Below are positions 18,414 to 26,875 of a stretch of 64,000 bases of DNA, piece after piece; position 1 is the stretch's first letter, and the number at the start of each line of letters is the position of its first letter. The DNA lies in assembly GCA_963777045.1 (NCBI GenBank), contig CAVZPD010000028.1, forward strand, positions 25,183 to 89,182, read 5' to 3'. Source of the stretch: an uncultured Chloroflexia bacterium (GTDB lineage: Bacteria > Chloroflexota > Limnocylindria > QHBO01). The notes under the pieces were generated by a model. It searched no databases. It had not been told where the DNA came from and saw only the letters and a program-made list of their open reading frames with translations. The translations under genes and the position numbers were made by a program.

Positions 18414-19835
18414 ATGGAAAGGGCGGACGTGCCTGGCGTACCGCGGCCGCTGCTCACCGTTGGCCTGGTGCTGATGGTGACGGCGGTGGCGTTCGAGGGC
18501 CTGGCCGCGCCGACCATCTTGCCAGCCACGCTCGAGCAGCTCGGCGGCGTGGAGTTCTACGGCTGGGCATTCTCCGGCTTCTGGCTGGCGAACCTGGTTG
18601 GGATCCCACTGGCGGGAACGGAGGCGGATCGCCGCGGGCCGTATCGACCGTTCGTGGCCGGCGCACTCGCCTTCGCGCTCGGCCTGGGCATGGCGGGCCT
18701 GGCGCCGGAGATGAGCTGGGTTGTCGCCGGTCGAGTCGTGCAGGGACTGGGCGCCGGGGCCATCAGCGCGATCACCTACGTGGCGGTCGCGCGCGGCTAT
18801 CCCGCCGTCCTCCAGCCGCGCATGATCGCGGTGATCAGCAGCGCCTGGGTCCTGCCCGGGCTGGTGGGTCCAGCCCTCGCCGGATGGGTGGCCGAAGCCC
18901 ACTCCTGGCGGTGGGTCTTCCTGGCGCTCGCACCGCTGCTGCCCCTCACGGCCATCGCCCTCGCTCGTCCGCTGCGCGCCCTCGCCGCGGCACCGGCCGA
19001 GACTCGTCCGGCGGGAAGCCGGCACGTCGTGCGTGACGCGCTGGTCCTGGCGGCGGGAGCGGGACTGGCGCTCGCGGCGCTCTCGTGGGGACAGCTGCCG
19101 ATCTCGCTGATCCTGGGTGCGACCGGCGTCGCACTGGCGGTCGCGCCCCTGCGAAGGCTCCTGCCGCCGGGAACCCTCGGCGCCCGCTCGCCGCGCGGTG
19201 CGACGATCGCGGTGCTGGCGCTCATCAGCGTGGCGTTCTTCGGCGTGGAGGCGTTCGTGCCATTGGTCGTGGCATCGCTGCGCGGCGCCGGCACCGTCGC
19301 GGGCGGCCTGGCGCTGACCGCCGCCGCCGTGACCTGGGCGGCAGGCTCGTGGCTGCAGGCTCGCCTCGCCTCGCGCAGCTCGCGGCGAAGTGTCGCCGCG
19401 GCCGGATTGGTGCTGATCGGCATCGGGGTTCTCGCCGAAACCGCCCTGCCCCTCAGCGCGCTCGCTCCGACCTGGTTCGCGGCGGCCGGCTGGGCACTGG
19501 CCGGGCTGGGGATGGGGCTCGCCTATTCGACGTTGACCCTCTCGGTGATCGAGTCGGCACCGCCGGGCGGCGAGGGAGCGGCGACCGCCTCCGCGCAGCT
19601 CGCCAACACGATGGGGATCGCCGTGGGAACGGGCGTGGCCGGAAGCGTCGTGGCGCTTGCCGCCAGCGGTCCACTCGGCCTCGCGCCAGGCGTGGTGATC
19701 GCTGACCTGCTCATGCTCGCGGTAATCCTGGTCGCGCTGGCGGCCGCGCGGCAGATGCCCCATGGCGTCGACGGCCACCCAGCGTTGGCCATCGGGGGCG
19801 CGGGCGCGGAGCGTGGTCCGGTCCTGCTTCCCTAG
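18414..19835 (+). CDS. MFS transporter
   Basis: 473 aa with 12-14 TM helices and a GTEADRRGP loop motif after TM2. Confidence 0.85.
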   Translation: MERADVPGVPRPLLTVGLVLMVTAVAFEGLAAPTILPATLEQLGGVEFYGWAFSGFWLANLVGIPLAGTEADRRGPYRPFVAGALAFALGLGMAGLAPEMSWVVAGRVVQGLGAGAISAITYVAVARGYPAVLQPRMIAVISSAWVLPGLVGPALAGWVAEAHSWRWVFLALAPLLPLTAIALARPLRALAAAPAETRPAGSRHVVRDALVLAAGAGLALAALSWGQLPISLILGATGVALAVAPLRRLLPPGTLGARSPRGATIAVLALISVAFFGVEAFVPLVVASLRGAGTVAGGLALTAAAVTWAAGSWLQARLASRSSRRSVAAAGLVLIGIGVLAETALPLSALAPTWFAAAGWALAGLGMGLAYSTLTLSVIESAPPGGEGAATASAQLANTMGIAVGTGVAGSVVALAASGPLGLAPGVVIADLLMLAVILVALAAARQMPHGVDGHPALAIGGAGAERGPVLLP

Positions 19836-19844
19836 CAACGCAGC

Positions 19845-19895
19845 TTGACACGCCCAACGGTAAGCGGTAACTTACCGTAAGTGAGAACTTACGGT
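19845..19895 (+). promoter_or_regulatory. putative promoter plus overlapping inverted-repeat operator of the ArsR-SRPBCC operon
   Basis: TTGACA (19845-19850), a 17-nt spacer, then TAACTT (19868-19873). Two overlapping 8-6-8 inverted repeats are present: ACGGTAAG-N6-CTTACCGT (19857-19878) and ACCGTAAG-N6-CTTACGGT (19874-19895). Confidence 0.5.
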
Positions 19896-19901
19896 GGCGT
19901 C

Positions 19902-20216
19902 ATGGATGCGCTCGGGGACCCGACCAGGCGCTCGGTGCTGGAAGCGCTGGCTGCGGGTCCGAGTTCGGTGGGCCGGCTCGCCGAAACGCTCCCGGTCAGC
20001 CGCCCGGCCGTCTCGCAGCACCTCAGGGTTCTGCGCGAGGCGGGACTGGTGTCGGATCGCCAGGTCGGGACGCGGCGCATCTACGAGGTGGACCCGGTTG
20101 GGATCGCGGCGGTCAGCGAGTATTGGAATCGGTTCTGGTCGCAGGTCATGGACCGCTACCGAATCGCCGCCGAGGCGGCTGCAGTGACAGGAGGTCAGGA
20201 TGGACAAGGTGGCTGA
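19902..20216 (+). CDS. ArsR/SmtB family transcriptional regulator
   Basis: MDALGDPTRRSVLEALAAGPSSVGRLAETLPVSRPAVSQHLRVLREAGLV. The track ORF starts at GTG 19881, but I prefer the ATG at 19902. Confidence 0.85.
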   Translation: MDALGDPTRRSVLEALAAGPSSVGRLAETLPVSRPAVSQHLRVLREAGLVSDRQVGTRRIYEVDPVGIAAVSEYWNRFWSQVMDRYRIAAEAAAVTGGQDGQGG

Positions 20217-20664
20217 CAACATGGTCGTGCGGAGCTCGGTCGAGGTTTCGCTGCCGCCGCATGCCGCATTCCGGCTCTTCGTGGTTCGCCTCGCGGACTG
20301 GTGGCCGCTGGAGACGCACTCGGTGTTCGGGGATAGGGCGGAGTCGGTCGAGGTCGAGCAGCACGTAGGTGGCCGGATCATCGAGTCCGGGCGCGGCGGT
20401 GAGACGGCGGACTGGGGCGTCGTCACCGAATGGGACGAGCCGGCCCGGATCGCATTCACCTGGCACCCGGGGCAGGAGGCGAGCTTCGCCACTGCGGTCG
20501 AGGTCAGCTTCATGGAAGTGGCCGGCGGCGCGACGCGTGTCGACCTCGTCCACAGCGGGTGGGAGAGGCGTGGTGAGGACGCGCCACGGCTGATGGAGTC
20601 GTACGGACCGGGCTGGACACACGTCCTGGCCCAGTTCCGCAGGCTGTCAGAAGGGGCCGAGTGA
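20200..20664 (+). CDS. SRPBCC (Aha1/BPI-like) domain protein
   Basis: 154 aa, overlapping the ArsR stop. It contains FRLFVVRLADWWP ... RIAFTWH ... VDLVHSGWE. This is the common ArsR-SRPBCC gene pairing. Confidence 0.8.
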   Translation: MDKVADNMVVRSSVEVSLPPHAAFRLFVVRLADWWPLETHSVFGDRAESVEVEQHVGGRIIESGRGGETADWGVVTEWDEPARIAFTWHPGQEASFATAVEVSFMEVAGGATRVDLVHSGWERRGEDAPRLMESYGPGWTHVLAQFRRLSEGAE

Positions 20665-20703
20665 CGCGGGCCGCTTGACGGCCTCCAGGTGCCCTTCGGC
20701 GCG

Positions 20704-20727
20704 TGACAGGGCCGATCGGCCCTGTCA
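20704..20727. repeat. perfect 24-nt palindrome TGACAGGGCCGATCGGCCCTGTCA
   Basis: Seen directly, 40 nt after the SRPBCC stop. It could be a terminator-like hairpin (no U-tract) or an operator. Confidence 0.6.
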
Positions 20728-20737
20728 GCGTCGGAGC

Positions 20738-20959
20738 ATGACGATGATCGATCCTCGCACATGGTCGTGGTCCGGCGACCGCCGCCTGGTTGTCGACGCC
20801 GGTCGCGTCAACTGTCCGACGCGCGGCGACCTCGACGTCGAGGAGTGCTTCGCCTGCGGCCGGATGCTGCGCTTCGAGGACGGCAGCCGAGAGACGGTCG
20901 TGTGCGGCCAGCCGCTCGGCGATCCGATGCTGTCGCTGGTGGACCGCGCCGGCTGGTAG
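20738..20959 (+). CDS. hypothetical small Cys-containing protein
   Basis: 73 aa from the ATG at 20738. It has four Cys, including CFAC. No family is assigned and the SD is weak. Confidence 0.3.
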   Translation: MTMIDPRTWSWSGDRRLVVDAGRVNCPTRGDLDVEECFACGRMLRFEDGSRETVVCGQPLGDPMLSLVDRAGW

Positions 20960-20980
20960 CGAGCCCGGCTTCGCGACGAC

Positions 20981-21550
20981 CTAGCGCGTCCGGTCTCCGG
21001 GGAACGGATCGCCGTGCCCCGGCACGATGACGTCCGCCAGCTCGAGAATGCGCGCTCGGCTGCGAAGCAGCGCATCGGGGTCCTCCGCCAGGGGATCGAC
21101 TTCCGGGCTGCGGTCGGCACGCCACCAGCAGTGGGTGCAGGCCACGACGCCGTCATCGGTCTCCACCAGCAGGGTCAGGTCCTCAGCAGTGTGCCCGGGC
21201 GTCAGGATGATCCGTGTTGACGAGCCGATGGCGTGGCCGTCGCCGTCATGGTCGAGCCACTGGTCGCCACGGTATCGGGCCCAGAAATCGACCACCTCGG
21301 CGTTCGGGAAGAGGGCCGCGTTGAGGGCATGGTCGGGATGGTGGTGGGTCAGGACGACGTGGGTCACCTCGTCCGCCGAGACTCCCTGTGCAGAGAGCGG
21401 GTCCAGGATCACGCCGCGGTCGGCCACCATTCCGGGATCGACCACGATTACCGCGTCGCCGTCGAGTACGAGGCTGACGCTGCTCGCGACGCCGCTGTCG
21501 TTCGCGTAGCCGGCGTGCAGGAGGTGGAAGCGCGCGGTCATGGTGAACAT
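20981..21550 (-). CDS. MBL-fold metallo-hydrolase
   Basis: VVLTHHHPDHALNAALF (HxHxDH motif), plus downstream His/Asp ligands (TPGHT). Confidence 0.85.
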   Translation of the reverse strand: MFTMTARFHLLHAGYANDSGVASSVSLVLDGDAVIVVDPGMVADRGVILDPLSAQGVSADEVTHVVLTHHHPDHALNAALFPNAEVVDFWARYRGDQWLDHDGDGHAIGSSTRIILTPGHTAEDLTLLVETDDGVVACTHCWWRADRSPEVDPLAEDPDALLRSRARILELADVIVPGHGDPFPGDRTR

Positions 21551-21603
21551 GATGCGCTGGGAATCGGCCGCACGCCGGCAGGCTTTGACGGTACCCTCCG
21601 AGC

Positions 21604-22626
21604 GTGGATCGTCGCCCCCCGTCGCTGAATCCGGTACGCCAGCTCCCGCGGCTGCTCCGCCCCCGCGGGCGCGGACCGGCCGAAGCGGGCACGCCCGTCG
21701 TCGTCGAGCAGGCGCGCATCGAGGAGGTCGAGGCCGTCGGGCTGCGCTGGTTCCACGCCCAGGATCCGCACGCGGCCGATACGGCCTGGCTGGCGGACCG
21801 CTTCGCGTTCCATCCCCTGGACCTGGAGGACGTCATCAGCGTCAACCAGCGGCCGAAGCTCGACGTCTACGACGACTACCTCTTCCTGGTCGTGCAGTTC
21901 CCCCGTTTCGACAAGGCGACGGGGCGGCTGCACGCGGTGGAGTTGGACGTCTTCATCGGCCCCGACTACGTCGTCACCCTGCCCGAGGAGGCGATCGTGC
22001 CGCTGCCCGCCATGTGGGAGCGGGTCCAGGAGCAGCCCGAGACCCGCGAGGCGATGTTCGCCGGCGGTTCCGGCCGGCTGCTCTACGAGATCCTGGACCG
22101 ATGCGTCGATGCCTGCTTCCCCATGCTCGGCGCCCTCGGCCGGAAGCTACGGCGCCTGGAGGACGACATCTTCGAGGGGCGATCGCGCGAGATCGTGCGC
22201 GAGATCAGCAACACCAAGCAGGAGATCATCAACTTCCGCGCCGTGATTCGGCCCCAGCGTGCGGTCTTCCGCCTCCTTGAGCGCGCAAAGCAGCGGCACT
22301 TCGGCGAGGAGCTGGACGTCTACTTCGACGACCTGACCGATGCCTCCGAGCGCATCTGGGACGTGCTCGAGAACTTCAAAGAGATCGTCGAGGCGCTCGA
22401 ATCATCAAACGAGTCGGTGCTCTCGCACGGCGTCAACGACACCCTCCGGCTGCTGACCGCCCTCAGCGTGATCCTGCTGCCCCAGACGCTCATCACCGGC
22501 CTCTTCGGCATGAACGTCCTCTTCCCGGGCGAGGGTTCCGAGGCCGCATTCTGGTGGATCTCGGGAACGATGCTGGCCATCACGCTCGTCCTGGTCGCCT
22601 TCTTCCGCCGCCGCGGCTGGCTCTAG
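21604..22626 (+). CDS. corA: magnesium/cobalt transporter CorA
   Basis: The C-terminus reads LPQTLITGLFGMNVLFPGEG (GMN motif), followed by the final TM helix and FFRRRGWL. Confidence 0.88.
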   Translation: MDRRPPSLNPVRQLPRLLRPRGRGPAEAGTPVVVEQARIEEVEAVGLRWFHAQDPHAADTAWLADRFAFHPLDLEDVISVNQRPKLDVYDDYLFLVVQFPRFDKATGRLHAVELDVFIGPDYVVTLPEEAIVPLPAMWERVQEQPETREAMFAGGSGRLLYEILDRCVDACFPMLGALGRKLRRLEDDIFEGRSREIVREISNTKQEIINFRAVIRPQRAVFRLLERAKQRHFGEELDVYFDDLTDASERIWDVLENFKEIVEALESSNESVLSHGVNDTLRLLTALSVILLPQTLITGLFGMNVLFPGEGSEAAFWWISGTMLAITLVLVAFFRRRGWL

Positions 22627-22736
22627 CGATCGTGCCCGACGAGGGCAACGTGGCAGCGTTCTGGCTGATCCTGGGTGCCATGGCCGTACTGCTGGTGGGG
22701 ATGGTTGTCTACTTCCGCAATCGCGGCTGGCTCTAG
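22626..22736 (+). pseudogene. orphan CorA C-terminal fragment (last TM helix)
   Basis: The out-of-frame stretch IVPDEGNVAAFWLILGAMAVLLVGMVVYFRNRGWL-stop parallels the CorA tail GEGSEAAFWWISGTMLAITLVLVAFFRRRGWL-stop. The last 15 nt, CGCGGCTGGCTCTAG, are identical in both. Confidence 0.6.
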
Positions 22737-23673
22737 GCTCGCGTCGCCGCTCGCCGCGGCAGCCCTCGTCTCGCGGCGGATCGACGTCCAGGGCGAGGGC
22801 GTGAACCTCGTCGAGGCCGGCTCCGGTCCGCCGCTGCTGCTCGTTCACGGCTTCCCGAGCAACGCGCTCAGCTGGCGGCTCGTCATGGAGCGACTGGTGG
22901 GCCGGCGCCGAATGCTCGCGCCGGACCAGGTCGGCTTCGGCCGCTCCACCCGCCGCACGCGCGCGCCGCTGACCGATGACGCCTATGCCGATCGTCTCGC
23001 CAGGCTCCTCGACGTGCTCGAGATCGAGCGGGCGGACGTTGCCGGGCTGTCGTGGGGCGGCGCCGTAGCCCAGCGGCTGGCCCTGCGACATCCGGAACGC
23101 GTCGGCAGGCTCGTCCTCGCGGCTGCGGTCAGCGCCGCGCGACCGCTGCGGCTCAGCGACGGCAGCCTGCTCGGGCTGGCGCTGGGGCGCCTCGCTCCGC
23201 CACTCGCGCGCGGGGTCGTGCGCCGATACCTCCTGCGGGCCACGGCCGGCGACCTCGGAAGCGAGGTGCTCAACGAGGTCGTGGACGGGTACGTGGAACC
23301 GCTGCGGACGCCGGGCGCGCTCGCCTTCCTGCGCCGCTTCGTGCGCGCCACGCGCGCCACGCCGCCCGCCGACGTCTCGCCCATCGAGGCACCCACCCTG
23401 GTCGTCGTCCCGGATGCGGACCGCGTCATCGCGCCGGCGGTGGGGCACGAGCTGGCGGCGACGATCCCGACGGCGCAGCTGGAAGTGCTTCCCGACGTCG
23501 GCCACGCGGTGCAGTTCGAGGCCGCGGACCGGCTGGCGGACCTGCTGGACCAGTTCCTCGCCGCCTCGTCGATCCCTGGCCCTGTGCGCGACGCTCCTGC
23601 CAGCGCAGAAGTGAACGCGCTGCCGCGTCCACGGGTAGCAGGGGTGTCGCCTGGTTGGCCCGGGCCGCGCTAA
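22675..23673 (+). CDS. alpha/beta hydrolase
   Basis: PLLLVHGFPSN, the nucleophile elbow GLSWGGAVA, and a C-terminal VGHAVQFE. The only ATG/GTG/TTG start (GTG 22675) lies inside the CorA-tail remnant. Confidence 0.8.
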   Translation: MPWPYCWWGWLSTSAIAAGSRLASPLAAAALVSRRIDVQGEGVNLVEAGSGPPLLLVHGFPSNALSWRLVMERLVGRRRMLAPDQVGFGRSTRRTRAPLTDDAYADRLARLLDVLEIERADVAGLSWGGAVAQRLALRHPERVGRLVLAAAVSAARPLRLSDGSLLGLALGRLAPPLARGVVRRYLLRATAGDLGSEVLNEVVDGYVEPLRTPGALAFLRRFVRATRATPPADVSPIEAPTLVVVPDADRVIAPAVGHELAATIPTAQLEVLPDVGHAVQFEAADRLADLLDQFLAASSIPGPVRDAPASAEVNALPRPRVAGVSPGWPGPR

Positions 23674-23694
23674 CCGGCCCGGCAGGCGGCGCCT

Positions 23695-23724
23695 GATGCC
23701 CCACCAGCACCCCGGTGGGGCATC
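23695..23724. terminator. stem-loop between convergent genes
   Basis: GATGCCCCACC, an 8-nt loop, then GGTGGGGCATC gives a perfect 11-bp stem, 22 nt after the hydrolase stop. There is no U-tract. Confidence 0.45.
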
Positions 23725-23953
23725 CTGGCATCCAGCTGGGGAATCGCTGTGGAAAAGCCGTCGAGCTGCATGCAAAGTCGGGGATAAACGGACTTGCGGC
23801 CGGCTCGCGCGCCGCCATATCCTCTTCTCGTCCCGAAGGGGCAGCGGACCGGATCGCGAGATTGCATCAAGTGGTTCCGGTACCGGGTCGGCGGTCTCGC
23901 ACCACCGGACCGGCGCAGTTCCTTCGGGGCATTTTCGCGTCCGCGTGTCCCGC

Positions 23954-24472
23954 TCAGCGCCGGATCGTGAGCGCCACCTCATCGGCTGCCGCCTGGGACC
24001 CCAGGACGTGCACGGCGGCGAAGCCCTCGTCGCGGAGCGAGGTGAGCGACCGGAGCATCGAGCGATGCTGGCGCCTGATGGCAGCCGGCGGACGCCGGTC
24101 CGGGCGCTGCGCATTCCGCTCCAGGCAGACCTCGAGTGGTGTGTCGAGCGCGATCGCGACCGCCGGGCGACCACTGCGCCTGGCCACCGCCAGCAGGCGC
24201 TCGCGCGCCCAGCTCTCGACGTTGGTCGCGTCCACGACCGTCATGCGGCCTCGGGCCAGGCGCAGCGCGAGCGCGGTATGCAGCAGCTCGAACGCGGCCT
24301 CCGTTGCCGACTGGTCGGCCGGGTCGTCGGCGACGATCGCCCGCATCTCGTCAGACGAGAGGACATGCGTCCGCGCAAAGCGGCGAGCGAAGGTCGACTT
24401 CCCCGAGCCGCTCACGCCGACCAGGACCACCATGCAGTCATGAGGCAGCTCGATCTCGCCGCCATCGCTCAC
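23954..24472 (-). CDS. stand-alone polynucleotide kinase-like P-loop protein (Pnkp kinase-domain type, AAA_33)
   Basis: VVLVGVSGSGKSTFARRF, VLSSDEMRAIVADDPADQ, TVVDATNVE and ERNAQRPDRRPP occur in the same order as my recollection of the Clostridium thermocellum Pnkp kinase domain. Confidence 0.7.
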   Translation of the reverse strand: MSDGGEIELPHDCMVVLVGVSGSGKSTFARRFARTHVLSSDEMRAIVADDPADQSATEAAFELLHTALALRLARGRMTVVDATNVESWARERLLAVARRSGRPAVAIALDTPLEVCLERNAQRPDRRPPAAIRRQHRSMLRSLTSLRDEGFAAVHVLGSQAAADEVALTIRR

Positions 24473-25185
24473 GCCGGCCAGAGCTCAGACTGCCAGCGGC
24501 TCAGTGGCGCGAGCAGCTCCGGCCCGTCGCTCCGCACGTCGTTGACGGCGGGGGAGACGGGGTACAGCTCCATCGTCTCGGCCGGAGCCGGCCGCAGCAG
24601 GGGACGAAGCTCGTCGACGCCGGTCTCCTCCGCCAGCCACCGGTTCCAGTCTCCGGGTTGCACGATCACCGGCATGCGGTCGTGGACGCGCGCCACGAGC
24701 TCATTCGGGGGGCCGGTGATGATGCACGCAGTGTGGATCCGTTCGGCGCTCACCGGGTCGCGCCAGCTGGTCCAGAGGCCGGCGAAGGCCATCGGCTGAC
24801 CCGATGCGAGTCGGACCGCAAAGGGCTCGGCCCGCGAGCTGCGACCGCTTCGCGCATCCGCGTGTCGTCGCCACTCGTAGAAGGCATCGGCCGGGATGAG
24901 GCACCGGCGGCGCTGGAACGAGGCGCGGAAGGCCGGCGACGCCTCCACGGTCTCGCTCCGCGCGTTGATGAGGCGTGCGCTCCCTCGCGCCGAGGTGGCG
25001 TAGACGGGCAGCAGGCCCCAGCGGAAGCGGTCCACCACGCGATCGCCGCGGTGCTCCAGCACAGCCAGGATGGGGTCGGTTGGCGCGACGTTGAAACGCC
25101 CGCCAGCCAGGTCGGAGGCAGGGCGGGCGCCAAAGATTCGTGCGAGTTCCTCCGCCGAGCGCGGCTGGGCGAAGCGGCCGCACAT
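24469..25185 (-). CDS. SOS response-associated peptidase (SRAP/YedK family)
   Basis: Starts MCGRFAQ with the catalytic Cys2. It continues with NVAPT and INARSETV, then PADAFYEW. A 4-nt ATGA overlap joins it to the kinase gene. Confidence 0.9.
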   Translation of the reverse strand: MCGRFAQPRSAEELARIFGARPASDLAGGRFNVAPTDPILAVLEHRGDRVVDRFRWGLLPVYATSARGSARLINARSETVEASPAFRASFQRRRCLIPADAFYEWRRHADARSGRSSRAEPFAVRLASGQPMAFAGLWTSWRDPVSAERIHTACIITGPPNELVARVHDRMPVIVQPGDWNRWLAEETGVDELRPLLRPAPAETMELYPVSPAVNDVRSDGPELLAPLSRWQSELWPA

Positions 25186-25211
25186 CGGCGGTCAGTCGAG
25201 AGGCGGGTCCG

Positions 25212-25403
25212 TCAGGCCTCGGACGCGGCGCACTCGGGGCACATGGCGGCAGCCGGGATGGGTGGCTGCGGTGAACCGGTCGCGCGCGGCAGTGTCTTGC
25301 CGCACATCGTCATTTCGGCATCGCGCTGCACGTGCACCTTCGAGAACTGTCGATCGGGAAGTCGCCATGTGACGTAGCGTCGCTGGTTGACGTGGGTGGC
25401 CAT
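25212..25403 (-). CDS. hypothetical 63-aa protein, DUF3039-like Cys pattern
   Basis: The ATG at 25403 is preceded by GAGGAG. The peptide shows MCGK ... 20 aa ... MCPEC. Family resemblance is from memory only. Confidence 0.4.
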   Translation of the reverse strand: MATHVNQRRYVTWRLPDRQFSKVHVQRDAEMTMCGKTLPRATGSPQPPIPAAAMCPECAASEA

Positions 25404-25566
25404 CTCGCTCCTCGGAATGACCGCAGTGCGCAGAAGCGCCGCCGCGGAAAGGGGGAGGCCATTATGCCTGAAATCGGCCCAAAGCGCCACCCACGGGCGC
25501 CGGGAGACATACCCGCGCCCGGCGTCCGGCGCACGGATCGTGGCCAACGGGCATGATGGAGGAGCC

Positions 25567-26742
25567 ATGCCAAGAATTGGAATTGTCACCGGGGGCGGCG
25601 ACGTCCCCGCCCTCAACTCGGTCATCAAGAGCGTCGTCTACCGGTGCAGCGAATTGGGTTGGGATGCCATCGGCATTCGGCGCGGATGGCAGGGTCTCAC
25701 CCACCAGCCCCCGGGCGGGACGCCGGACGAGGATTTCGTGCGACCGCTCGATCGACGCACCACGCGCGCCATCGACCGCACTGGCGGCACGATCCTGCAT
25801 ACCTCGCGCACGAACCCCGGGCGGATGCCGGAGGCGGCCCTCCCGACGCACCTGTCGGACGCCGAACGGAAGCGAATGCGGATCGATGAGGGGCGCTACG
25901 ACCTGACGCCGGTGGTCCTGCGCAACCTGGAGGCACTGGGCATCACCCATCTCGTCGCCATCGGCGGAGACGACACGCTCAGCTACGCGGCGCGGTTGGG
26001 GCAGGAGGGCGTCCCCCTGATCGCCATCCCCAAGACGATGGACAACGACGTGGCCGGGACCGAATACTGCATCGGCTTCTCGACCGCCGTCACCCGTGCG
26101 AAGGAGCTGATCAACCGCCAGCGAACGACGCTGGGCAGCCACGAGCGCATTGGCGTCTTCCGGATCTTCGGCCGCAATGCGGGCTACAGCGCCTGGTACG
26201 CGGCCTACGTCACCAGCAGCCGCTGCGTCATCCCGGAGTCGCCCTTCGATCTCGGGCTCCTCGCCGACCTCCTGACGGAGGATCGGAAGGCGAATCCCAG
26301 CTCCTACGCCCTCGTCATCGCCTCGGAAGGCGCCGTCTGGACTGGTGCCACGCTGCAGGAGTTCGGTGAGGCGGATGCCTATGGGCATCGGCGCAAGGCC
26401 GACGTCGGCTTTGCCCTGGCGGAGCAGCTCAAGGAGATCACCGGCGTCGAGACGGTCCACTCCGACCTGACCTACGACCTGCGCTCGGGTGACCCCGACG
26501 CGCTGGACCAGATGGTGGCGACAACGTTCGCGAACGTCGCCGTGGAGCTCTTGGTCGACGGCGTCACCGGGCGCATGGTGGCGATCCAGGGCGGCAGGTA
26601 CGCGCACGCACCGCTGCCGAGCCGAGAGATGGGCGCGCGGCGACTGGACGTCGAGACCATGTACAACACCGAGCGCCTCCGACCCCGCTACGACCATCGG
26701 CTGGGCATGCCGCTGCTCCTGGGTCCGCCGCTCGACGGCTGA
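25567..26742 (+). CDS. 6-phosphofructokinase (PfkA family; ATP versus PPi dependence undetermined)
   Basis: The ATG at 25567 follows GGAGGAG. Motifs are IGIVTGGGDVPALN, IGGDDT and IPKTMDNDV. The 60 upstream codons of the track ORF have no PFK similarity. Confidence 0.88.
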   Translation: MPRIGIVTGGGDVPALNSVIKSVVYRCSELGWDAIGIRRGWQGLTHQPPGGTPDEDFVRPLDRRTTRAIDRTGGTILHTSRTNPGRMPEAALPTHLSDAERKRMRIDEGRYDLTPVVLRNLEALGITHLVAIGGDDTLSYAARLGQEGVPLIAIPKTMDNDVAGTEYCIGFSTAVTRAKELINRQRTTLGSHERIGVFRIFGRNAGYSAWYAAYVTSSRCVIPESPFDLGLLADLLTEDRKANPSSYALVIASEGAVWTGATLQEFGEADAYGHRRKADVGFALAEQLKEITGVETVHSDLTYDLRSGDPDALDQMVATTFANVAVELLVDGVTGRMVAIQGGRYAHAPLPSREMGARRLDVETMYNTERLRPRYDHRLGMPLLLGPPLDG

Positions 26743-26875
26743 GTCGGGACATTTGGCACCGCGGGCCGTTTGACCCGGTTCGAACCGGACCATTCGGCCC
26801 TGTGGCGGCGTTGGTACCTCCGGCACGCTCGCGGCTGACCAGACCGCCAGCACCGCGGCCACCTCGAGGAGACCG

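Noticed and set aside
23954-24472. P-loop kinase considered as a zeta-type toxin
   Set aside because: The motif order matches the Pnkp polynucleotide kinase domain rather than zeta toxins. No epsilon-like antitoxin ORF is adjacent. The gene is translationally coupled to the SRAP gene instead.
25387-25566. Upstream extensions of track ORFs for the PFK gene (25387), the response regulator (57051-57410), the YciI gene (49524-50213) and the DoxX gene (18168-18362)
   Set aside because: In each case an internal start with a good SD matches the expected family N-terminus. The extension has non-coding composition.
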